Assembly (NCBI RefSeq): GCF_006345805.1 | Contig: NC_042999.1 | Coordinates: forward strand, 89,900,001-89,964,000 | DNA: 64,000 nt | Source of the DNA: Octopus sinensis | Taxonomy: Eukaryota | Direction: 5' to 3' | Shown: positions 1-11,700 of the stretch, piece after piece | How the letters are laid out: each line of letters opens with the position of its first letter | How positions within the stretch are numbered: the first letter of the stretch is position 1 | Translations under genes and position numbers: made by a program | Notes under the pieces: generated by a model | Database searches by the model: none | What the model was told of the DNA's origin: nothing | What the model saw: the letters and a program-made list of their open reading frames with translations, nothing else

Positions 1-1050
1 TTTGCGCCTAAGAAGAGAGGCCGATGCGGTTGAGTGAATATGTTTAGTTATAATCAAGAAAGACCAAATTTAATCTGTCTGGTGGGAGGGTGGACAGGAG
101 TCGTTTGTATGTAGTCCAATGGTTAAAATTTAGGTTGTAGGCTTTGTAGCTTCCTCATGATAAGTGGCAGAATGAATTTTGTGTGTGAATAGTTATTTAT
201 GTATGTACTCTGTTAAAGTTTGTTAAGTCTTGGTTTGTACTTTTGTATGAAAGTATATTTTTTGTTTGGGAAGTAAGGGAAAGATCCGTAGTTTTTGTTC
301 TGTTGTGCATGCTTCATAGTAAATACCAAACACATATTATATAATTCACATCATACAGGTGTGGCTGTGTGGTAAGAAACTTATTGGATCTTTTCCTTTT
401 GATGGACGGAATTTTCTAGGAAAAGATCCAAAACTACTTATAGATTAGATGTATGTAATCTAAAGTGACCATATGACCTTCACCTCATCCAAACCTGATG
501 AGAAATTCTTATTTTTGCTCTTTCACTCTCTCTTTCTCTCTCCTCACTTACATACACACACTCTCTCTTTATCTATCTATCTATCTATCATTTGTAAAAC
601 AAAACAAAATATATAATTACTTCAGTCGTATTATTTTCAGTTTATCTAACTTTATACAAGAGTAGTCAAAAAGATAAAACTCTCTGTTTATATTGTCTTT
701 GTATCAACATTTGAGATTAGAAATGAGGCTGATTTATCATTTTAAGGCCAATGACACATAAGAATCGTAGTTCAGTGAGTGTAGCTTCTATTGGTTCCAC
801 TCACTCTTCTCTTTCTATTCTGGTTTGTTTGAAGCTACACCATACACATTTAGTACTTTCACAGTCCAGAATATAAAGAAATTATATTTTGAGACAATTA
901 CCATCACAGTAGACTGAAATTAGTTCCTACATAGAACTGACATAAATTAGGAAAGTATTAGAATGTTTTCTTGTTGGCCTTTTTCTGCATCTATTTTCTA
1001 TTTTATAGTCATAAACTTATTAGACTAATGAAAATTATATACATTTATAT

Positions 1051-1345
1051 ACCACATGGTTCGGGGTCCAGTCCTACTGCATGGCACCTTCGGCAAGTAT
1101 CTTCTACTATATCTTCAGGCTGACCAAAGCCTTGAGTGGATTTGGTAGACGGAAACTAAAAGTAGCCCGTCATATATATATATGAACATGTGTATGTGTG
1201 TGTATATATATATATATATGCATGTGTGTGTGTGTGTGTGTTTGAGTCAGTGTTTGTCCGCTGCCACCACTTGACATCCGGTGCTGGTGTATTTACATCC
1301 CCATAACTTAGTACTGACTGAAACAAGTAAAAGACAATAGGTAAA
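1051..1345 (+). mobile_element. tRNA-derived SINE family 1 (head fragment at ~357-385 separated from the body by ~670 bp)
   Basis: ggttc..gtcc B-box-like, gcaccttcggcaagt block, (TA)/(GT) centre, gactgaaacaagtaaaag tail shared with other copies. Confidence 0.75.
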
Positions 1346-1764
1346 AGAAGATAAAAGGCATATTATACCCATAATTATTGAAACAATTGAATATGTAACC
1401 AACAGCCTCAGCAATTTGGAGAAATCAGGGTTCTCAAAACCAGGAAGGGGAAAGCTAATTAGAAGACTAGCAGTAAATCTTCCCAAAAGTTTAGCATATT
1501 AGTACATATGCACATGTCTAGATATGCAAACTGTATGTAGGAGGAGACATACATAAACCAAAATATACAAGTCTGCACATGTACTGATGCCAAATGCTTG
1601 CATGTAACACACATACATATACAATACCATGTTGATATTGCTGAAATTCTAATGAAGGAATCTTAGATCTCAGTTAGAACCAACTCTTTCTCCATTTGTG
1701 AGAAATCTGGAAATAAAACTAAATAATAGAATATATACTCTATACTACTATTACTGCACACAAA

Positions 1765-2629
1765 CAAGGTCTGATCAATAAGTATCATGACTGTTGCCAT
1801 AGTATTGAAGCTAAAGCCGCTTGGCGATGGTTGACTTTGAGCTTTGCTGTGCATGCGCACTAAGTTTTAACGTTCTAGCTCACTTCTGCTGTTTACAGCA
1901 GTGCTTGGAAGGAAGGTGTGTAGCATGTGATCGTCGCATCGACCATGAGAGAAAAAGTTATCATGGCAATATCTGCTCAAAGGTCTACACAAAGTTGCAA
2001 AAAGTGTATGGAGAGGAGTGTTTGAACCGCACACAAGTGTACGAGTGGTTCAGACGTTTCCAAGATGGACGTAGAAATGTTGATATTGTCGAACGTTTTG
2101 AGAGACCCGCAACCAGCAGAACTGAGAAAAACATCGCAGATGTGCGTGCAGCTGTGAGGAGAATTCGTCAAATCACCATCCGTGAGTTATCAGATGTGCA
2201 GATTAGTTACAGTTCAGTTCAGTCCATTATTACTAAGATTTGGGCATGAGACGCGTGTCTGCCAAGTTTGTGCCAAAACTGCTTTCAGCTGATCAAAACG
2301 ACACTCGGGTTTCAGTTGCACAAGATTTTCATTGTGTCGAGAAAACTTTTTGAAAACTTTGTGTCGGCCTCTGAGCAGATATCGCCAAGATTTTGGCAAA
2401 ATTTGATGCAGATGCTCTGCTCAACTTTCTGTCATGGTCAATGCAACGATCACATGCTACACACCTTCCTTCCAAGCATTGCTGTAAACAGCAGAAGTGA
2501 GCTAGAACGTTAAAACTTAGTGTGCATACACAGCAGAGTTCAAGATCAATCTTTGCAGAGTGGCTTTACTCTGTGTGCTTTAGTTTTGTCACTATGGCAA
2601 CAGTCCGAATACTTATTGATCAGACCACA
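1765..2629 (+). mobile_element. Internally deleted mariner DNA transposon
   Basis: TIRs ggtctgatcaataagtat..gactgttgccatagt (1768-1803) / actatggcaacagtc..atacttattgatcagacc (2591-2626); degenerate transposase N-terminus LQKVYGEECLNRTQVYEWFRRFQDGR...RPATS. Confidence 0.88.
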
Positions 2630-2839
2630 TACACACGAGCATTGAAGTTTATTTGAAGCATCGTGATATAATAAAAGAAAGAAATAATGTGAAGAGCATC
2701 TTAAGATGCAAAGTGGAACTTAATAATTCATTAATTCAAAGGAATTAATAAATTATTCATTCTCTTTGCATTGTGAAAATATTGCTTTATTTGTTTTCAT
2801 CTATATATTGTCATCTTTTTACCAGCCACTTTTCTATGC

Positions 2840-3400
2840 TTGCATGTGTTGGATGAAGTTTGAGATGGATTTTCTACAGTTGGATGCCCTTCCTGTCACC
2901 AACTCTCTCCTATTTCCAAGCAACTTAATATTTCCTCATGACCAGAAATAAATGACAAAGCTTGTATGCTTGATAGTTGTAAATGAGTGTAAATGATTGT
3001 CACTATCAATGTCAAAACAAGATGTAAATGTGCATTCATGAACACACGTGTGTGAATGAGTGTATATATGTTGGTCTTCCACACAGTTTCCATCTACCAA
3101 ATTCATTCACAAAGCTTTGGTCTGACCAGCCTGTAGAAGACACTTGCCCAAGGTGCCATTCTGTGGGACTGAATCTAAAGTCAAATGGTCGCAAAGTGAA
3201 CTTCTTAACCATATAGCTATGCCTCCACCTACTCACACACACATGATGGGCTTCTGCACAGTTTTCACCTGTCCAGTTCACTTACAAAGCATTAGTTGAC
3301 TTAGACTATAACAGAAATCATTTACTCAATGACAGTGGGATCAAACCACATCACTGCAAAGTGAACTTCTCAACCACACAGCAATTCCTGCTTTATTGAT
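2840..3400 (-). mobile_element. SINE family 1 and related SINE remnants
   Basis: acacttgcccaaggtgcc and ggatgcccttcc blocks in reverse orientation. Confidence 0.65.
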
Positions 3401-3499
3401 ATATTACTATAACATCTATGAGAAATATGGATAAAATTTAATAAAATACTGTGTCACTAAAATGATTATGTTCTATTAGGCTCTCTTTTCTCTTTCCAG

Positions 3500-5162
3500 A
3501 ATGATAATGTTGGTGCTCTCTATGGAATGGCCACTGCTTACATGGTTCAGAAGCAAGTCCCCAAAGCTAGGAATCAACTAAAACGTATTGTGAAATTAAA
3601 CTGGACTTGTGAGGTGAGTAGTTTACTTTAAACATCACCTTTTAAAAGATGCTGGAGTTGTTCAGAGGATTTATCTGTTGTTGTTTCACTTAAGATCAAT
3701 CCTGATTGAACAGAACTATGATTTTTAATGGTATTGATAAAAAAAAAATCTATCTATAAAATTTAAGCAATTGTTTATTGAAATGGAGAAAGAAGATATG
3801 GTTAATATATATATGCATGTATGTATATGTATGTAATAATAGTTTGGCTGTCATCTTTATCTGACAATGACCTCACAGCTACTGAAAAATAAAATAAGTG
3901 GAGGGTGAGAGAAGGAAGACACATGAGTATTGCTCATTTATTTATTCTTCTGTGATCTAGAAGGCCTTTTTGTGTCACATAGCACACACTGAAATTCTTT
4001 TGTACCAGGGTTGTTGTGTTATGTTTGAGTTCTGAGCCTCTACTATGAGGGAGTTATAAAGCTTCAAAATCCTTCAAGTCTCTGGTGCTGACTTTCTTCC
4101 ATGCAGACATGTCTTCTCTTAAATTTGGGCCGGTTTTGCAGTCTTTCACCGTTGCTTTCAGTATATATTTGAATCTTTTACTTGATGTGCCAACATTACA
4201 TTTTCCATTTGTAAACTCAGAATGGAAGATTGGCTTTGGCAATCTACAACTTATCAATCTAACATTCCAGCCCTATGCAGTGTGATTTACATAATAGAGG
4301 ATAGTTTTATTTGCATATCTGTGCCCATTAATTAATGTATATTTTACACACACAAGTTATTTTAGATTCCACTATATTTGTGTGTATATAACATACTCTG
4401 ACTGCAGTATATGGTATTTATACCTACTTTGTTTCATATCAAGCAAGATTATTTCCCCAATGATACTGGGATCCTGTCTTCTTTCCTACTTAAACCTTAG
4501 GCTCTTTCTACTTCTACCCTCAAGCCAGTTGATTCTAAGTTCAGCTTCTATACCTTGAATTTCCTCTCTAAGTCCACTATATGAGAATTAGGTCATCAGC
4601 ATATAAGAGTTCCCATGGACATCAGCTCTCTCCTATTCAACATAAGCAGTCACTGAAGATTGAGCTTTGATAGACCTCTGTCATCATGTTATGTTCTTGA
4701 GTTCAGTTGGCATATATCTTGCTAATTTAGACATTTGCAGTAAACATTCATCTTGTTCACTAAAACTTCATCAGGTTATAAAGTCTTTAGATATATCTCT
4801 TAACTATTTTCTTCATGTATTTCTATGCCTACTTTTGTATATATATACATTTATCTATTTTTGTAGGATACAAGCTTGCCTTCAACTACCTTAAAGCCAA
4901 ACGCTATACTGAAGCCATTGATATTTGTAATTTGGTAAGAATTCAGTTTCAAAAACTATTTGTGATTAATTAGGACTAATTTTTAAGTTAACATGTTATA
5001 TAACCATTTTGTCTTCTTTGTTTTTTGTTCTGTTGTGAGTTCTGTTCTAACACATGATTTTATTTGATTTGATTTTCCTTATAGGTACTGGCTTCTCATC
5101 CAAATTATCCAAAAATACAGAAAGAAATCCTTACTAAAGCAAGATCTAACTGGCGGACCTAG
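3500..5162 (+). CDS. TTC21B: 3' end of tetratricopeptide repeat protein 21B / IFT139 (three visible coding exons: 3500-3613, 4867-4934, 5085-5162)
   Basis: AG/GT-bounded exons translate to [38 protein letters not shown]; (G)[22 protein letters not shown]; [25 protein letters not shown]. These match the TTC21B C-terminus as I recall it ([24 protein letters not shown]; [13 protein letters not shown]; [21 protein letters not shown]), with the last two intron positions as in vertebrates. AATAAA near 5234. Confidence 0.9.
4030..4290 (-). mobile_element. RTE-clade LINE 3' ORF fragment
   Basis: [26 protein letters not shown]...DMSAWKK matches RTE C-terminal RLPK...G.R..G.P.KR+K pattern. Confidence 0.75.
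4460..4680 (-). mobile_element. RTE-type LINE reverse-transcriptase remnant
   Basis: Reverse strand reads [14 protein letters not shown]...[15 protein letters not shown] (YADD motif). Confidence 0.75.
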
Positions 5163-5664
5163 AAACTTAACTATCATCTTTGTAAAATTATCTAGTCTGG
5201 AAATGTTTATTTCTTCTTAAAAAGTGTTTGTTAATAAATCTAGTGTAATATATTTTATACACAATCTGGTCAGTTTTTCTCGGCTACCTTTTAATTTTAT
5301 CTCAATCAACAGTTCATTTGTTCATTCATGTTGCTAATTTATAAGTCATTAGTCTATGAGGAACTTATTGTATAAATAATTTTCATATAAATCAATATAC
5401 CATAACATGTGGATGTGCACCTATATTTTCATCTTTCCTGTTAGAACTAATTGCTTTTTTATCTCCTGAAAGCTTTGTGGTCCTATCAAAAATCAAGAGA
5501 AACTGGAGATTACTCTTACATTTCATTATTCTCCAATCATTATTATATTCAAAGTAAATCATTACATTTAAATATCTTTCATATGAAACAAGATCTTTAT
5601 TTCAAGTACTGAAATGTCAAGATACTGAAATTGCAAATGTTATTTAACTGTCAACAGATTTGCT

Positions 5665-5777
5665 TCACTCACAAACTTGACATGACTTCTTGCAGTAGAA
5701 AAGCATATAATCTGGGTTTGATTTACATTCACCCATCTTGGCCCAAGCTCCACATTTGCTATTCTCATCTGCACAAG
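5665..5777 (-). CDS. Terminal exon, ShKT domain 6 (CADENSKCGAWAKMGECKSNPDYMLFYCKKSCQVCE*)
   Basis: 113 nt to TGA; minus-strand AATAAA (tttatt on +) near 5597. Confidence 0.93.
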
Positions 5778-8700
5778 CTAGAACGAAAGAAGTAAATATT
5801 ATAATAAGACATGAAGCAAAACCAATAATGAAATTAATTGTTAGTCCCTTTCAATAAACAGGATATTGAATGCTGTACCAGCTTAGACAGTACTGAATCT
5901 AATATATAAAATACTGTATGATCTTAATGTCCTTGTTCTAACAAAGATGTGTCATTAGAAACTCTTTCTATAGTGCACTAAAATTCTGTCTATTTACATA
6001 TGTCACTGAAGGTACCCTACTAATTTCTTCATACAAGCTGGTTGGAAACAAGGCTTGGATGATATCTAGTGTGCAGTAATAACATGAAAAAGATCTTCAG
6101 TAATTTTAATGGGATGCAGCAATAAAGTTATCCAGAATGGTAGTAGAACCAAATCTAGATTAATAGTATTCTTAGATATTTAAATAGCAATTTTTTCAGA
6201 CGTTTCTTACTGATAAACTGTACTATTGCAAAAGAAAAAAAAAATACAGGCATGGCTGTGTGGTAAGCAGCTTGCTTCCCAACCACAAGGTGCCAGTTTC
6301 AGACCCACTGCATGGCACCTTGGGAAAGTGTCTTTCTTCTAGTATAGTCTTGGACTGATCAAAGCCTTGTGAGTGGATTTGTAGACAGAAACTTAAAGAA
6401 GCTTGTCATGTGTGTGTGTGTGTGGAGTTGTGGGGTACCGCACGAGTGGAATTATATATGAAAGAAGGTTTGAAATGCAATTTAAAAGATGTTTATTTAC
6501 TTTACCGGTTTCACTCTTTGGAAAAAGATTGTCAAAAGTAACATGTAGAAGTTTGGTTGCATTAATTATTGGTTGTTGCAAATTGCCACGTTACATATAT
6601 ACAGTCTTTGGTAATAGGGACATGTTAAGGACATAGAAAAGTTCAACAAGTTCCTTAAAATATTGGGCACAAAAGATTACTACATAAATAATCGTTCTCA
6701 AGGACATGCTTAAGATAGTTTCCAGAAGGAATTGATATTGGTATTTTATCTGTATATTCAAACATGCACAGAATATTGGTTGACACAGAGTACTATAATC
6801 CATATAAATATACATTCTTTGGTGACAAGAGTATACTTTAATAATTCCTCCTGGAAATTATCTTGAGATGTATAATATATTTGTTGTAATCTTTTGTGCC
6901 CATTATTTCAATGAGCTTGTTAAACTTTTTTATATTCTCAACATACTTTTATAGTACTCTGTGTCAACCAATATTCTGTGCATGTTTGAATATACAGATA
7001 AAATACCAATATCAATTCCTTCTGGAAACTATCTTAAGCATGTCCTTGAGAACGATTATGTAGTAATCTTTTGTGCCCAATATTTTAAGGAACTTGTTGA
7101 ACTTTTTTGTCCTTAACATGTCCCTGTTACCAAAGACTGTATACATGTAATGTAGCAATTTGCAACAACCAATAATTAATGCAACCAAACTTCTACATGT
7201 TACTTTTGACAATCTTTTTCCAAAGAGTGAAACCGGTAAAGTAAATAAACATCTTTTAAATTGCATTTTCAAACCTTCTTTCGTATATATATTTATATAT
7301 ATGTGTCTGTTGTCACCATCATTGCTTGAGAACCAATGTCAATGTAATTATGTCCCCATAACTTAGCGGTTTGGCAAAAGAGCCCAATACAATAAGTACT
7401 CAGCTAACACTCTTTAAAGCAATGCTCCAGCATGGCTGCAGTCAAGTGATTGAAACAAGTAAAAGAATAAAAGAACTTAATGAAACAGAGTTAGGTCTCA
7501 AATACTAACACAGTATCAACTGGTGGCAGGCTCCATAGAGCAAAAAGTAGTTGCTGGCTAATTCAGTTAAATCAGTGACCTTGTTCTATTTGTATCAAGA
7601 CTTCTTGACAAATATATATATATATATTCTATGTAAATAAAATTTAAAAAATACTATTTTATCAGCTTTGAAGAAACTCAAGTTGCAACTTACGTTCAGC
7701 ACCATAGGATTGGCTATTCTGTCCACAATTATTACAGGATTTTTTGCAGTTATTTAGCATATAGCCTGGGTTCCTGTGACATTCTCCACTTTCTGCCCAA
7801 TCTTTACAGTGCGTGTTTCCATCCAGACAATCTGGAAAAATAAAGAAGTAAATTCCGTAATGATCCTCAACTGTGTCTAAAATTTCTAAATTCTGGTTTC
7901 TAGTATTAAAATTATGAGAGAGAAATTTCTTATTGGCTAGGAAGCTGGTATACGATAGGAAGATTAGATTTTAAAAGTCAACTGCTTCTTGTGCAGTTTA
8001 GAATGAAACAAGATGGAGTTAAATCATATTCCTGAAGAGACTTTAAAATGTCTACAGTGCAATGGAGAAATGGACTCATGGGTTTTGAGTTTTATAATGT
8101 TTTCTTTTCCATCTGAATTAGTATATAAAGATGTTGATTAATGCAGTGCAGTCAGCTAGAGGTTCTGAGTTCAATCTCAGGTGAGTTACTCAGGTGAATC
8201 ATATGACACCTGAAGAAGGCTGGAGCATACAAGAGCTGAAACATAATGGAAACAGCAGTGTAGATGAGGGCACCAGTCCAACTAATCTAAACAGTGTACA
8301 TAATGTAAATTCCTCATTTCAGAGGAATATTTTACTGTCAGGATATTTTTACTGTACTTGAAGGTTATTTTAATAAGCTGCATCCAAAAATGGAATCCAT
8401 TTTGTTACCATCACATCTAGATTTCAATATACCCAAGCCCACCAATTTTCAGTGAGTGATATGCTTGGACTTTAATATGGTCGATTTTACCCTGGGGCAA
8501 CAGAGTGGATACACCAAATATCGATGCTATTTATGTATGTGAGACAGCAGAGCTAGGGAAAGAGTGATCAAGTAATGGCCATAGCAAACAATAGTCCCAG
8601 GGTGTTTCAATGTGGTTGAAGAGCCTTTAGTTCAACCAGGAAAAAACATCCTACCTCCACTCCATATTAAACTTGGCATTATGAAGCAATTTGTTATAGC

Positions 8701-11700
8701 TCTGGATAAAGATGAACCTTGCTCTCACCATATCTGCAGCACATTTCCTGGTCTGAGCAGCAAAAGATAAAAGCTGGAGTATTTGATGGGCCTCAAAACA
8801 GAAAATTAAATGATGAGAACTTTGTAAATTCAATAATCTGCATTGAAGCAACATCATGGAATTCATTTGTAATAGTTGTAAATGACTTTCTGAGCAGCAA
8901 GAAAGCAAACAACTATGCTGAAATAACTGACATCATGCTGTAAAATATGAGCATAAAGCCACACTGTTTCCACAGCCAGTTTGATAAATTACCTGAAGAT
9001 CAAGGTGACACTAGTGATGATCAGAGAGAACATAAAATCAATGACACAAAAATATCAAGTCAGATACGACCTGCATATGATGGCAACCTTTTGCTTGAAT
9101 TTTGGTCAGCACTCAAGAAAATAATCCAAATGCAAATTCAGAGTAAATTAGGCATAAACAATGATGTAATTTGTTTGTAGAAATTTTTAGATTTTCACTA
9201 GTTTTTCAGTAGAATTTTAAGACATTCCAGTTTTGAAGAAAAACCAGTTACTATGTATATTTGTATGTTATGCCATGTTCTTCATAAGCTGTTTCATTGA
9301 TAAAAAAAGCAGAAAACAAAATTGTATGAATCCAGTATCTAGAAATCTTGACACAAATGTAATAAATGCATGTCATTTTTGGATTTTGCGCATCAAAATG
9401 CTCCTAGTTTAAGTCCAATAATTCTGATAACAGAAAAATTTTGTTGACCTGTGCAATTAACAGACTTATTTGTTAACATCTAAATGAACACATTCATTAC
9501 TGGATTCCTATGCTTTGTAGACTTCTTTAAATAAAATATTACACATATACTCTACTGACATTGTAAATATATTTCTATGTTGTTTTAGAATTCATCAACT
9601 CACACTAGATAATGGGATCTGTAAACTGATATAATGTAGATTGAATTTAGATTTATTAATAGACACATTTTTCCCTAAATCCACCAACAAATTATTCTAA
9701 AATTCATCAACCTGTATTCTCTAAAGGTCATTCTCTATAAGGGCCTTGAGTGAGACTATATCTTAATTAATATTCATGCTGTTCAAAGGCTGATGAAATA
9801 TACTCACCTATATCAACCGTTTCATCCGCTTTACCTCCACTGGTGCACACTGAGCAGGACTTCTTGCAATTCTTCAACATATAAGCAGCATTAAGCTTGC
9901 AATGGCCTGCTTTGGCCCAGACTGGACACATAGCATTACTGTCGTTACACTTTTCCTCAACTGTAAATATATGTAAGACATATTTTTGAAAAAGTGAAAC
10001 TATTTGAAACCAATGATGTTGAAATTTCCATACAAATTTTTGCAGAGTTTATATGATTTAATATTGTTGTTAGTAAAACGTGTAACAAGATAGTTGTTGG
10101 TTGTCTACCAGCTTATTACTTTTCAGATACAGAGTCCCTTACCAGCTGCAAGGCAGGTTGTTTTTTATATATCATCATTTAACATCCCCTATTTCATGCT
10201 GAGATTTATTGGATAGTCTGAAAAGTACAGTCAAACCAGAAGATTCCACCAGGTTCTATGTCTGCTTTGACATGGTTTCTACAGCTGGATGCCTTTCCTA
10301 ATGCCAACCACTTTACAAAATGTTCTGGGAGCTTTTTACATGGTACCAGTAATCACAGGATAAGATCTCTCAAGTGAGTTAGTGTAGACCATAGGGATAA
10401 GAAGCTATGATGGGAGGATAGGAACATGTGTCCACCTGGAGAGAGAGTAGAATAAAAGGATGCAAGGTCCAGGTGCAAGGTGTGTGTGTATGCCTGTATA
10501 TACACACACATTTATGAGGAAGAGGCTGTGACCATGACCTTTTCAGGCCTTTCAAGACTGAAAAGTTTGATATGTTCATTTTCTTTTTAAACGTTTACAA
10601 GAAAGATATGATCAGGAAGAAAATCCTAAAGGCCCATTGTTCTAGGGAGGAAAGATTGGGCATAGTGGTCAATGCAGAGTCAGTATGGCTGGATGCAACA
10701 AAGGTGAGGAGAGCTGGCGAGACAAAGACAAGAGGAGTGCCTGCTTAAGGGAGGGGAGATGTAATCAACCAACTCTGAAGAACACAGGCCATTATAAAGA
10801 GTTTATATTCTTAAGAAGATAGATGTATTAACATTGAAAGGTAATGAAAACAATAGAAATAATCGTCAGAAAACTAAAGAACTATTGGAATCATAGCCAC
10901 TGAGGCATCCAGAGTGAAATACAAGCTGGTGATTTTTCAAGTAGCCACCAGAGCAATATCAGATCAATAAAATTCTAAACTAGATACTGTTTCTCTTGTT
11001 TCATTTACTTGAGAGGCTATATATATAGTTTTACTGAACTTGCTTGAAATGAAACTGAATAACCCTTACTATCTTAAAGAAAGGACACATTGGACACTCT
11101 AACACTGTATGGTAACCAATTGCTGGAACTTGGCTCAGCACTCAAGAAAATTGTCCAAATGCAAATTCAGAGTAAATTAGGCATAAACAATGATGTAATT
11201 TGTTTGTAGAAATTTTTAGATTTTCACAAGATTTTCGGTAGAATTTTAAGACATTTCAGTTTTGAAGAAAATCCAGTTTCTATGTATATTTGTATGTTAC
11301 ACCATGTCTCATTGCAAAAAAAAAAAAGAAGCAGAAAACAAAAATGTATGGATCCATTGTATCTAGAAATCTTGACACAAATGTAATAAATGCATGTCAT
11401 TTTTGGATTTTGCGCATCAAAACGCTCCTAGTTTAAGTCCAAACATTCTGATAACAGAAAAATTTTGTTGACCTGTGTAATTAACAGACTTATTTGTTGA
11501 CATCTCAATGAACACATTCATTATTGGATTCCTATGCTTTGCAGACTTCTTTAAGTAAACTATTTCATATATACTCTACTGATATTGTAAATATATTTCT
11601 ATGTTAAGTTTTAGAATTCATCAACTTCATACTAGATAATGGGATCTGTGAACTGATATAATATAGATTGAACTTAGATTTATTAATAGCCACATTTTTC

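Noticed and set aside
3775-3810. MEKE peptide in the TTC21B intron resembling the missing YIMEKEQ
   Set aside because: Four-residue match with no acceptor or flanking similarity; chance
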